IMG/VR virus record: IMGVR_UViG_3300028388_004772
Coordinates: 32,001 to 96,000 of that record
DNA: 64,000 bases
Strand: one strand, 5' to 3'
Source: a virus
In this document: positions 40,678-49,221 of the stretch, piece by piece
Layout of the letters: each line of letters begins with the position of its first letter
Numbering within the stretch: the first letter of the stretch is position 1
Program-made: the position numbers and the translations under genes
The notes under the pieces: model-generated
What the model was told of the DNA's origin: nothing
Databases searched by the model: none
Seen by the model: only the letters and a program-made list of their open reading frames with translations

Positions 40678-41181
40678 ATGGCATATTCAGGTAAATACCA
40701 AGTTATCAATCGCGACAAGTATAAAGGCGATCCAGACATGATCGTCTACAGGTCCCTATGGGAAAAATATTGTTTCGTTTGGTGTGACACAAATCCCAAG
40801 GTTAAGGCTTGGAGCTCTGAAGAAATTATTATTCCATACTACTATGATGTAGACAAAAAATATCATCGGTATTTTCCTGATCTGAAAATTGTGACAGAAG
40901 AGAAAACACTTCTTGTTGAAATTAAGCCAGATAAGGAAACAAAACCTCCAACAGGGGAGAGACGGACAAAGCGATACATCAACGAAGGATTGACATACAT
41001 TAAAAATATGAACAAGTGGGAAGCCGCCGAAGAATATTGTAAAGACCGCAGTTGGGAATTTCAGATTTGGACTGAGGATACGTTGATTGAGATGGGATTG
41101 TTGCCAAAAAAGATGCCTGGCAAAATTAAAAAGCCTCTGAAAAGAATGCAGCCATACCGTAAGAAAAAATCTAAAAAATAA
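40678..41181 (+). CDS. gp4: Head completion nuclease gp4
   Basis: MAYSGKY...N..KY.GD...IVYRSLWE; WSSEE..IPY; HRYFPD; EIKP; N..KW.AA. Confidence 0.92.
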   Translation: MAYSGKYQVINRDKYKGDPDMIVYRSLWEKYCFVWCDTNPKVKAWSSEEIIIPYYYDVDKKYHRYFPDLKIVTEEKTLLVEIKPDKETKPPTGERRTKRYINEGLTYIKNMNKWEAAEEYCKDRSWEFQIWTEDTLIEMGLLPKKMPGKIKKPLKRMQPYRKKKSKK

Positions 41182-41182
41182 C

Positions 41183-41190
41183 TATAAATA
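41183..41190 (+). promoter_or_regulatory. T4-type late promoter TATAAATA
   Basis: Exact match just upstream of the gp2 ATG. Confidence 0.75.
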
Positions 41191-41195
41191 CTTTT

Positions 41196-41747
41196 ATGAG
41201 CAACCTATTTCAAAAACTAGAGATTGAAGCGTTCCGCGCTGGTATTCAACCTCGTACAAAAGAATCTATGGATTGGTTTCGGAGGAAAGCAACACAGCTC
41301 GGCCGTGTCGGTAAATCCGTTATGAATGACGAAGCTGTTAAGCTTCAAAGCAGTATGAGGGATCCGGTTGGAAATATGTACATGTTCTTCTATGATCCTA
41401 AGCATAAGAAGACATTACCCTACTATGATAAGTTTCCACTGATCCTTATGATTGGTCCTGCAGATGGTGGATTCTATGGTTTGAATCTTCATTATCTTCC
41501 ACCAGTGCTTAGGGCAAAGGTCCTTGATGCTGTCTTAGCAGAAGATAACAAAGAAGTTGCCATCAAAAGAATTCCAAAGAAATATATTTCACCAATGATC
41601 AAACATTACTTAAATGATCATGTAAAAAGTAGATTTGCGTTGGTTGATAAACCAGAGTGGGAGATTGCAACGTTTTTGCCAACAGCCCAGTTCGAGAAAC
41701 TAACAGCATCTCAAGTGTACACCAGATCAAAGAGAATGATAAAGTAA
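41196..41747 (+). CDS. gp2: DNA end protector protein gp2
   Basis: G.MY.F.YDPKHK.TLPYYD.FPL; GLNLHYL; K.YL..HVKS. Confidence 0.92.
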   Translation: MSNLFQKLEIEAFRAGIQPRTKESMDWFRRKATQLGRVGKSVMNDEAVKLQSSMRDPVGNMYMFFYDPKHKKTLPYYDKFPLILMIGPADGGFYGLNLHYLPPVLRAKVLDAVLAEDNKEVAIKRIPKKYISPMIKHYLNDHVKSRFALVDKPEWEIATFLPTAQFEKLTASQVYTRSKRMIK

Positions 41748-41748
41748 T

Positions 41749-42396
41749 ATGGCAAACATAAGCGAACTCAAATCACTTGCTTCCGTTACATTTGGTTTTG
41801 CCAGAAGCAATAACTTTCTCGTTGAACTTCCGTCAATCGGAGGTGCTGGAGGATCAAGTTCTAGTCAAAAAAGAGAACTCAATCTTCTTTGTAAAAATGC
41901 GTCCCTCCCTGGCAAGCAAATTTTAACCGTCGATCGTGTTATTGGTATGCAAGCAGAAAAAATTGCATACGGATACGCCGTTCCTCCTATTAATTTGTCA
42001 TTCTATGCTATGAACGATTATTTCATTCGCAAATATTTTGACAGATGGCTAGACTTAATGATGAATGAGGACAATGGGTTGGTGGGATATAAGAAGCCAT
42101 CTGGATACGGTGGATACAGAAGTACAGGTTATGCTGCAGCAATAAAAATTCATCAATTAAGAAAACCTCAGATTGGTATCAATGCTAATGTTGGACCAAT
42201 TCAGATTAACGTTGGGGCAGGTGGAGGTTCAGTATACAGTATTGAGCTCGAAGATGCATTTCCTACTCAAATCAGCGCAGTAGAATTTTCAAATGACTTG
42301 GACGGTCTTGTTGAAGTGAATGTTGAATTTTCATATACGAAGTGGAAGGCAATTCAACCTTCACAAAACTTTATCAATGTAAACGTGGGTGTATAA
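41749..42396 (+). CDS. gp54: Baseplate tail-tube initiator (gp54 / tail tube family)
   Basis: GFARSN.F.V; LC..ASLPG; L.DAFP..I; V.FSY..W. Confidence 0.75.
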   Translation: MANISELKSLASVTFGFARSNNFLVELPSIGGAGGSSSSQKRELNLLCKNASLPGKQILTVDRVIGMQAEKIAYGYAVPPINLSFYAMNDYFIRKYFDRWLDLMMNEDNGLVGYKKPSGYGGYRSTGYAAAIKIHQLRKPQIGINANVGPIQINVGAGGGSVYSIELEDAFPTQISAVEFSNDLDGLVEVNVEFSYTKWKAIQPSQNFINVNVGV

Positions 42397-42406
42397 TGGA
42401 GAAATT

Positions 42407-43117
42407 ATGGCTATACCATCACTAAATTCGTCACCAAAGTATACGGTACAAATTCCGTCAACAGGTGATACGGTAAGGTTCCGACCTTTCCTTGTTAAAG
42501 AACAAAAGGTCTTGTTGTTGGCTTATGAGTCACAAGACAAGAAACAAATTATTGGTGCAATCCTCGATACAATCAAATCGTGTGTTGAGGAAGACATTGA
42601 TGTCTATCAATTGGCTACCTTTGATGTGGATTATTTGTTTACTCAGATCAGAGCAAAGTCGGTTGGTGAGAAAGTAGATATTGGATTGAAGTGTAGTCAT
42701 TGTGAGACTCAAAACAACCTTGATATCAATCTTGAGGATGTCAAAATTGAGGGTAAGAAAGAGTCTAGTGTGATCAAGCTTACTGACGATATTTCAATTA
42801 AAATGAAATATCCTAACTATGAAAAGTTCATGAAGAACAATGATATCTTTGAATCGAAGACATCGACTGATATCATTATGAACATCATCATAGCAAGCAT
42901 CGAATCGATTATGACAGAAGAAGAAAATGTACTTGCTGCAGATGAGAGTGCTGAAGACCTAATGAACTTTGTTGAGTCAATGACCGCAGCTCAGTTCCAA
43001 AAGGTATCAGACTTTATGGAAGATATGCCAACAATGAAGTTGGATGTGGACTTTAAGTGTGTAAACTGTGGGGAAGATAACACAGTAACATTACAGGGGA
43101 TTGACGATTTTTTTTAA
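42407..43117 (+). CDS. gp26: Baseplate hub assembly protein gp26 (start refined to MAIPSL)
   Basis: P.Y...IPSTG..V.FRPFLVKEQK.LL.A; FD.DYLF..IRAKSVGE; two CxxC; ends G.DDFF; GGAG SD before ATG 42407. Confidence 0.88.
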   Translation: MAIPSLNSSPKYTVQIPSTGDTVRFRPFLVKEQKVLLLAYESQDKKQIIGAILDTIKSCVEEDIDVYQLATFDVDYLFTQIRAKSVGEKVDIGLKCSHCETQNNLDINLEDVKIEGKKESSVIKLTDDISIKMKYPNYEKFMKNNDIFESKTSTDIIMNIIIASIESIMTEEENVLAADESAEDLMNFVESMTAAQFQKVSDFMEDMPTMKLDVDFKCVNCGEDNTVTLQGIDDFF

Positions 43118-43299
43118 TAAGTCTCTCTCATGAATCGCTGGAAAACTATTTTAAGACAAACTTCCAGCTGTTGCAGAATTTTCATTATTCTCTACATGAG
43201 ATCGAAGATATGATCCCTTGGGAGAGAGAAATTTACTTAACGATGTTGATTACTGACATCCAAGAAAAGAACGAAAGGGCACAACAGGGAATGCAATAA
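43108..43299 (+). CDS. gp51: gp51-like reading frame without its own start; probably expressed as a -1 frameshift extension of gp26
   Basis: Manual translation FFLISLSHESLENYFKTNFQLLQNFHYSLHEIEDMIPWEREIYLTMLITDIQEKNERAQQGMQ*; frame opens after TGA at 43102; first ATG only at 43210. Confidence 0.8.
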   Translation, partial: FFLISLSHESLENYFKTNFQLLQNFHYSLHEIEDMIPWEREIYLTMLITDIQEKNERAQQGMQ

Positions 43300-45032
43300 T
43301 GGCAATAACTCTTGCTGATGTAAAAGAACAATTAGTCAAGCAGAACGAGCTCCAGGAAGAACAGAACAATCTTTCTGCAGCTCAGGCTGGGGCTATTGCT
43401 GGGATGGCCAGTGATCTATCTTCTCTAATTAATACCTTTAAGTCTGATCAAATGGATCAGCTTGAGGCTGATCGGGAAAAACGAGCAGAAGAACGTAGGG
43501 CAGTGAAAAGCACTACACCCAAGGCAGACAGCAACAAAGGACTTTTTGACTTTTTGCCACAAGGTGGTCTATTTGGTTTAGGTGCAGCATTAGCTTCACA
43601 ATTACCTAAATTTCTTTTAGGGCGGGCCCTCCCAGCAATTCTTGCAAAAATGTTTGCAGATGAAATTGCTGACTATGTTGAGTCAGCCACAGGCAGTAAA
43701 GCTTTAGGAGATGCTATCTTCAGGGGCCTCAATCTTGGTGCCCTAGGATTGCTTCTTGGCAAAAAGTTCGGAGCAATTGGTTTCATTGCCGGTGTATTGT
43801 TAGATGCAGGTAACAGAGCTAAACTTGATCAGCTCGGTGATACGTTGGCCTCGTTTGGCGATAATTTAGCCAAGATGTTTGGATTAGATGGATTGCCAAC
43901 CTTTAATGAGGCCTTTAAATTTGTCACAGATACGTTTGGTAAGGCAATAGACTTCTTAATATCTGGTACCACATATTTAAGCAATCTAATGAAGAACGAC
44001 AAGACTTCAGAAGATCTCGAAAAAATGAATGAGGACTTGGATATCTTAGGTGAAAATTGGGATGACTTTGGAATCGCGATTGCTGGTCTTGCTGTAATGT
44101 TTAGACCGTTAGGTACAGTAAGCTTGATATTGAAAACAATAGCAGCTCCATTTAAGATGGCATATAATGGACTTAAAGGATTAGCTGGTCTGGTTCTTGG
44201 TGGTACGGCCATTAAAGAGTTTGGTAAAACCCAGATGGGTGAAATGACCAAAGGTCAATTGCAAAGAATGAATACCGAGCAGATCAAAGGGATGTCTGCA
44301 GCCGATATTAAAAAATTAGAAGGTGAAGGGTATAACGTCAATCAAAAGACCGGCGCTGTTACAAATCTCAAAGGACAAACCGTATCAGCTGATCAGGTTC
44401 GTGGCTCTATGTCCCGACTGGGTATGGAGAATCCATTAAACCAAGCTGCAGCTAAAAAATATAGCAGATTCGGAAAACTCCTTAAAGTTGGTAAAAGTAT
44501 ACCATTCCTCGGGAGCTTATTATCAGCTGGATATCTTGGGGCAATCCTACTGAGTGATGCCTCCGACGAAGAAAAAATAAAAACAATCGGCGGACTATTT
44601 GGTGGTGTTGCCGGTTCATTGGCCCTTGCTACAATTGGTGCGGGCGCAGGTCCATTCGGCGCAATTGCTGGAGCAATCGGTGGTGGATTGGGAGGGGATC
44701 TATTGGGTCAGTGGTTTGCTGGATGGTTAATGAATAATAACAGCAAACAAGCTGGTAGTGAAAGTGTTGGGGATTATGGTGAATTTGGTAATTTAGGTAA
44801 CGACCTGAGTGCACCAACTTCCCAAGCATCCGCTCCATATGCACCTATGTCAGGAACAATACTAAGAGATGTTGCAGATCAAAGTGTTGCAATGCAGAAT
44901 ACATCAGGTGGTGTTAATATGCTCGACACTAGTGATAAGAGCGTTACTGTGAATAACAGTAGCGGGGTAACCTTGGCAGGACCAATGGGTACCCCTTTTG
45001 ATACTTACAACAAGTATGTACTGTACGCTTAG
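43299..45032 (+). CDS. Probable tape measure / baseplate hub protein (gp29-like), 577 aa
   Basis: Follows gp26/gp51; coiled-coil N-terminus and Gly/Ala-rich hydrophobic helices. Confidence 0.6.
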   Translation: MAITLADVKEQLVKQNELQEEQNNLSAAQAGAIAGMASDLSSLINTFKSDQMDQLEADREKRAEERRAVKSTTPKADSNKGLFDFLPQGGLFGLGAALASQLPKFLLGRALPAILAKMFADEIADYVESATGSKALGDAIFRGLNLGALGLLLGKKFGAIGFIAGVLLDAGNRAKLDQLGDTLASFGDNLAKMFGLDGLPTFNEAFKFVTDTFGKAIDFLISGTTYLSNLMKNDKTSEDLEKMNEDLDILGENWDDFGIAIAGLAVMFRPLGTVSLILKTIAAPFKMAYNGLKGLAGLVLGGTAIKEFGKTQMGEMTKGQLQRMNTEQIKGMSAADIKKLEGEGYNVNQKTGAVTNLKGQTVSADQVRGSMSRLGMENPLNQAAAKKYSRFGKLLKVGKSIPFLGSLLSAGYLGAILLSDASDEEKIKTIGGLFGGVAGSLALATIGAGAGPFGAIAGAIGGGLGGDLLGQWFAGWLMNNNSKQAGSESVGDYGEFGNLGNDLSAPTSQASAPYAPMSGTILRDVADQSVAMQNTSGGVNMLDTSDKSVTVNNSSGVTLAGPMGTPFDTYNKYVLYA

Positions 45033-45919
45033 TCGTCGTTAGCCAATTTGGCGAAGTATGACATAGTGTCGTCTTCGTCCGTGTCAAACGGAATCTCGTC
45101 CGCTGTGACAGGTTCTAACTTAGGCGCTGCAGGTTCATTCATTTGAGCCTCTTGCTTCAGAGTAGGAGCCCCAGCTTCTGCCTCTTCACCAAGAACCTTC
45201 ATCAACTTAGCTTTCAACTCATCATAAGTCTTGTAGTTAGTTGGATCGTTGAACTCTTGTAGAGGATTCAATTGACTGTAGATTACTTCAAGCTCTTCAT
45301 CAGACGCAAGCTGTGAAGGTGACTCAAACTCAGACTTATCGTAGTTACGATAGCCTTCAACATTACGAATCTTCAACTTGAAGTTTGCTCCATTCCAAAA
45401 GTCGAATGGATTGATTGGATCTTCGTCTTGGAATGATGGCTGCATTACGTCCATAATCATGTCAAAGATTTTCTTACCGAATTGATAGAGGAAGATCTTA
45501 CCTTCGTTCTGAGGATTGGATGGGTCGCTAATCACCTGGATGTTAGTTACATAATGTAGACGGCGCTTCTGATCGCGAGCCTTCTCTTTATTAGCCTCGA
45601 TACCTGAGTTCCACAGACGAGAGTTTAACTCGCCAACAGGATCAGGTTGACCGACAGAAGTCAGAGACTTCTCGATATACCACATACCAGTAGGTCCTTT
45701 GAACCCATGATCCCAGTAACGTACCCATGGAAGGTCTTCGCCTTCTGCTGCTGGTAAGAAACGTAGGACTGCATACCCATTACCAGCCTTATCGACTGTA
45801 GGTTTCCAGAATCGGTCATCACCGTAGGATTTCTTTTCTTGGGTTCCACCGACTGCATCGGCCGCTTGAACAAGCTTAGAGATTTGATCGCGATTACGCT
45901 TTAGATTTTCGAATGACAT
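45029..45919 (-). CDS. gp32: Single-stranded DNA-binding protein gp32
   Basis: DDRFWKP..DKAGNGYAVLRFLP; GKKIFD; NPFDFW.GANFKLKIR.VEGYRNYDKSEF; acidic tail SYFAKLA. Confidence 0.97.
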   Translation of the reverse strand: MSFENLKRNRDQISKLVQAADAVGGTQEKKSYGDDRFWKPTVDKAGNGYAVLRFLPAAEGEDLPWVRYWDHGFKGPTGMWYIEKSLTSVGQPDPVGELNSRLWNSGIEANKEKARDQKRRLHYVTNIQVISDPSNPQNEGKIFLYQFGKKIFDMIMDVMQPSFQDEDPINPFDFWNGANFKLKIRNVEGYRNYDKSEFESPSQLASDEELEVIYSQLNPLQEFNDPTNYKTYDELKAKLMKVLGEEAEAGAPTLKQEAQMNEPAAPKLEPVTADEIPFDTDEDDTMSYFAKLANDD

Positions 45920-45997
45920 CGTATTGTCCTTGTATTGCTGAAATATGTTGCTGTATTATACACTATATTTGTACCGATGGGTACACTATTATATAGA

Positions 45998-46231
45998 CTA
46001 ATCAAACGTGAGTTCATTAGTCCTTGGCAAAAAATTTAGTCTTCTTGCCTCCGCTTCAAGTTTATCTTTAATAATAGGATTAATAAACTTTTTGCAGTCT
46101 TCAATCTCAATGGAGTTCTGTTCACATAACCATACTATTGCATCCATATATGAGAGTTGTTTTTCAATCACCGTTCTTTCGACCAGCTTTGAAAATTTTG
46201 CTCTGGTTAAGAAGTTTTCTTCTACACTCAT
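45998..46231 (-). CDS. gp33: Late transcription coactivator gp33
   Basis: FS..VE..V....LSYMDAI...CE.N.IE.E.....I...IK.KLEAEA..LNFL. Confidence 0.88.
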   Translation of the reverse strand: MSVEENFLTRAKFSKLVERTVIEKQLSYMDAIVWLCEQNSIEIEDCKKFINPIIKDKLEAEARRLNFLPRTNELTFD

Positions 46232-46953
46232 TTTGTTCTTTTCTTCCTCATCGCTTTTTGATTATCCTTAAATTGCTCAAGGTCTGCGATCATTTTATTG
46301 ACACACTTGATTCTCCGAGATAATTCTCTCTTACCAAGGTGTCCGTAAGCAGCCTTTGCATCCTTGCATACACCACTGTGAGCGTCTTGATATTCAGGTA
46401 AGAGACGCTTGAGATACTCTATCACAGGTCCAACAGCCATACCCTTCAACTCGTGGATACGGAAAGCAGCAACAATGTCAAGGCATGTGTCCTCATTGTT
46501 AAACCATTCTTCCTCAAGTTGATCAATATCATACATCACAGTGTTATTGATCTTCATCGCAAGACGTTGTTGTGGTGTATAGACCTTTTTATCTCTTTCC
46601 TCAGTTAGAGCAGCTTTGGCACGTTGGATACCCTTGCCTTTTGATATCAACGTATCAATATATTCTTTGACCTTTTCACCCAGGTCATTATATTTTTCTG
46701 GGAACTCGTATCCTTTATCCATCCAATAACATGCAGCAACAATACTTCCATAAGCAGAGAAATTCCACTCGGCATTTGCAGTAGCGGCACTGTAGTCTTC
46801 TTTTGAGTAATTGTTCTTAATGTAATTTTTGAGAAGTTTTGATCTATCCTTCTCATCTAAGCTGTAGTGAAAATAATAATCAACTTTATTCCAATCACCA
46901 TCAGTGGGAATATTACGGATACCTGTTTTCAATACACCTTTGTTAGTAGCCAT
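46228..46953 (-). CDS. Hypothetical protein
   Basis: 241-aa ORF coupled to gp33. Confidence 0.7.
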   Translation of the reverse strand: MATNKGVLKTGIRNIPTDGDWNKVDYYFHYSLDEKDRSKLLKNYIKNNYSKEDYSAATANAEWNFSAYGSIVAACYWMDKGYEFPEKYNDLGEKVKEYIDTLISKGKGIQRAKAALTEERDKKVYTPQQRLAMKINNTVMYDIDQLEEEWFNNEDTCLDIVAAFRIHELKGMAVGPVIEYLKRLLPEYQDAHSGVCKDAKAAYGHLGKRELSRRIKCVNKMIADLEQFKDNQKAMRKKRTK

Positions 46954-47282
46954 CAGTTACGTCTCATCGTTGCATAATCTACTGGATTGTCGTCCTTTCC
47001 TACTGGGACGATGTTGCTTTTGTGGAGGGTGGCGAGACCAGTGACGTAGTCTCCTGTGTATTCTTTTCTTTCTCTTTTTGCTGCGGTCTGGTGGAAGAGT
47101 TGGTATTGGGTGAGTGATGGAACGGGCTCAGGTACGCGTACATATTTCCTGCTCGGAACATATTCTTTGAATTCCTCGATCTTTGAAGTTGGAGCCTCGA
47201 ACTTCTTAGCTCGCTTTAGCTCGCTACTATACATGCGTAACGCATTTTCGCGAGCTAACTTTTTCCGTCTGCTTACTGCCAT
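46953..47282 (-). CDS. Hypothetical basic protein
   Basis: C-terminal YTGD.V.G.AT.HKSN.VPV motif; coupled ORF. Confidence 0.7.
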   Translation of the reverse strand: MAVSRRKKLARENALRMYSSELKRAKKFEAPTSKIEEFKEYVPSRKYVRVPEPVPSLTQYQLFHQTAAKRERKEYTGDYVTGLATLHKSNIVPVGKDDNPVDYATMRRN

Positions 47283-47464
47283 TCATCATATCCTTTCATT
47301 GCTTGGTAGGTATCTATAACACCTGAACCTTCCAAAGCATTATACACTTCTTTTTCATCTATGTAAACAGAATTTTCATTAGCAAGACGAGCAGCTACTT
47401 TACGCTCACGGTCAACCTTCTTAGCAACCCTCTTGATTAGCTGGAGCCTTTGTGATTTTGTCAT
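47273..47464 (-). CDS. Hypothetical protein (start refined to MTKSQR)
   Basis: GAGG SD upstream of ATG 47464. Confidence 0.55.
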   Translation of the reverse strand: MTKSQRLQLIKRVAKKVDRERKVAARLANENSVYIDEKEVYNALEGSGVIDTYQAMKGYDEWQ

Positions 47465-47612
47465 AATGTAATTTCCTCTCAAATTCATATCTAAGCATTC
47501 TGAGGTTTTCGATCTTCTCTTCCACCTCAGAAGTTTTGTTACCGACCTCTTCTAGGAATCCAAGGTCCTCATCAATTTCATTTAATTTTTGAATGATCTC
47601 TTCATGCGTCAT
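47421..47612 (-). CDS. Small coiled-coil hypothetical protein
   Basis: ATGA coupling with the upstream ORF. Confidence 0.55.
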   Translation of the reverse strand: MTHEEIIQKLNEIDEDLGFLEEVGNKTSEVEEKIENLRMLRYEFERKLHYDKITKAPANQEGC

Positions 47613-47875
47613 ATTACCAAACCAGAAACAGCCTGAACATAAGCCTTCTGGAATTCCTCGTTTGTTGGTGTGATAAACACATAGTTACTGATTGTGATCT
47701 TTCGAGTCTGTAATTGACCAGATACACAAACACCCTTTGCAAAACCTAGCCCTTGCTCGTTCTGCATTAATACTCGTGGATCCTCAAGTGAAATTTCACC
47801 ATCCTTTCCATTAATGTATTTACCTACAATCTCTCCTGCTAGAGAAAAAACTGTTACGATATCACCTTTTTGCAT
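47609..47875 (-). CDS. Small beta-barrel (Sm-like) hypothetical protein
   Basis: GDIVTV....GEIVGK...L..PR; AAGGA SD; fold is a guess. Confidence 0.6.
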   Translation of the reverse strand: MQKGDIVTVFSLAGEIVGKYINGKDGEISLEDPRVLMQNEQGLGFAKGVCVSGQLQTRKITISNYVFITPTNEEFQKAYVQAVSGLVI

Positions 47876-47902
47876 TACTTATTCCTTCTTACTAAAATAA
47901 AA

Positions 47903-48156
47903 GGCGGAACGGGGGGATTCGGGTAACCCCCAAGGAGGTACTATCTGATGTACCTTTCCGAATGGACCTCCTACGACCTGACGTTCCCGCTAAGGACATG
48001 GGCGCTACCCCTTCGGTCTACCTTACCCCCCATCAGCGAGAGGTATTCGGTCACGTTCCTATCGGGGCAGCGGTCTACCAGACTGACCTATACTCCGTAA
48101 ACTGTGGCGCCTTTTGTTCGTTGCAAAAGGTTTCCAGTGACGCCCAACTGGAGACT
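47903..48156 (-). ncRNA. GC-rich structured non-coding block downstream of the tRNAs (one to three small RNAs)
   Basis: Multiple hairpins; GGAACG(48059-48054)/CGTTCC(47911-47906) closing stem; tRNA-like 5' half at 48097-48064. Confidence 0.6.
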
Positions 48157-48231
48157 TGGAGTGGACGACAGGATTCGAACCTGCCTAAAACTGATTTGCA
48201 GTCAGTCGCCTAACCTATCAGCCACGTCCAC
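48157..48231 (-). tRNA. tRNA-Cys(GCA)
   Basis: GTGGACG acceptor stem, ACTGA-CTGCAAA-TCAGT anticodon arm, GGTTCGAATCC T-arm, U discriminator, encoded CCA. Confidence 0.95.
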
Positions 48232-48236
48232 AAAAT

Positions 48237-48313
48237 TGGCCTGCTCGGCAGGATTCGAACCTGCGACCCTCTGCTTAGAAGGCAGATGTTCTATCCAACT
48301 GAACTACGAGCAG
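48237..48313 (-). tRNA. tRNA-Arg(TCT)
   Basis: CTGCTCG acceptor stem, TCTGC-CTTCTAA-GCAGA anticodon arm, GGTTCGAATCC, encoded CCA. Confidence 0.95.
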
Positions 48314-48499
48314 ATTCTTTAAATTGTCTAACATATCAGCATCTTGTAAAATATACATCGCCACAAGACCTAAAATAATATGCATCCCATATTTTGATAT
48401 GAATGATACGATTGCTGAAAATAGACCAATTAGGACTGCTACCACTACCACGAGAGAGGAGAGAGATAATAGCAGTGATAACAGTTCTGATTGATCCAT
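48275..48499 (-). CDS. Small membrane protein; 3' end overlaps tRNA-Arg
   Basis: Two hydrophobic segments; TAATG coupling to the upstream ORF. Confidence 0.6.
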   Translation of the reverse strand: MDQSELLSLLLSLSSLVVVVAVLIGLFSAIVSFISKYGMHIILGLVAMYILQDADMLDNLKNLLVVQLDRTSAF

Positions 48500-48693
48500 T
48501 ATGCAGGCTCTGTATTCAAATACGTATCAACAATTTCTTTGAACTCTTCGAGTGAGATTTCTCCGTACATATCTAGATCAATCTGTTCACCCGAATCTCG
48601 AAAGCGCATCTGGCGCTTTACGATCTGTCCTGTATTGTTTGACACAACCTCGTATGTCAAACCCTTGTAAGCGTATATAGGATTGCCTTTCAT
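48499..48693 (-). CDS. Hypothetical protein
   Basis: 64-aa ORF in the early-gene run. Confidence 0.55.
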   Translation of the reverse strand: MKGNPIYAYKGLTYEVVSNNTGQIVKRQMRFRDSGEQIDLDMYGEISLEEFKEIVDTYLNTEPA

Positions 48694-48754
48694 AGCGCTG
48701 ATACCACTACGTATTCAACAACGGCAACCACAATCATCAAACCTAAAAATTCCA

Positions 48755-49159
48755 TTACACTTCCTCCAAGTATACATATTCTTCATAAGGGAGAGGCTCA
48801 CAATCGAGCTGAAGACCCTGAGCAGCAATCCGCTCTTCCTCAGCCTTCTCGGCCTCCCACTCCTGCTCCATCTCGAACTGAGCATTCAGAGCACGACAAA
48901 TGTCATCGTACTTCTCCTGCAACTCTTCGATAGAGTAGTTATCCCACTCAAGACGCAGACGACAACCATAAAGGTCCTTCGACGCGTCACTGATCCCATT
49001 GATCAGATTGTGACGGATGAAATCCGCAGCGGTGTAAACACCCATCTCAGCCCAATGCGTGAGATCGAGAGTCCACTCAGATGCCCATCCATCATTCTCC
49101 TCAGCCCACTTACGAGCTTGAGCGTTAAGCGAATTCAAGTGATCTAATAATGTGTACAT
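48755..49159 (-). CDS. Acidic early protein (start refined to MYTLLD)
   Basis: GAGGAG SD and sigma70-like promoter directly upstream. Confidence 0.7.
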   Translation of the reverse strand: MYTLLDHLNSLNAQARKWAEENDGWASEWTLDLTHWAEMGVYTAADFIRHNLINGISDASKDLYGCRLRLEWDNYSIEELQEKYDDICRALNAQFEMEQEWEAEKAEEERIAAQGLQLDCEPLPYEEYVYLEEV

Positions 49160-49163
49160 AATG

Positions 49164-49214
49164 TCTCTCCTCATTTGATGTAACCATTATCTTACCTCTT
49201 GAAGAAAATGTCTA
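49164..49214 (-). promoter_or_regulatory. Sigma70-like early promoter and leader, copy 1
   Basis: TAGACA-17 bp-GATAAT, then GGTTACATCAAATGAGGAGAGA. Confidence 0.65.
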
Positions 49215-49221
49215 CAACTTT

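Noticed and set aside
43829-44251. 140-aa minus-strand ORF (also the 154-aa plus-strand ORF 48683-49147)
   Set aside because: Each is antisense to a better-supported gene that has an SD or translational coupling
47903-48097. tmRNA or intron-containing tRNA
   Set aside because: No alanine-type acceptor end or tag reading frame, non-canonical T-loop, no encoded CCA, and no group I core recognised; kept only as an unclassified RNA
47962-48322. Plus-strand ORFs 47962-48213 and 48104-48322
   Set aside because: They lie antisense to the tRNAs and the structured RNA block
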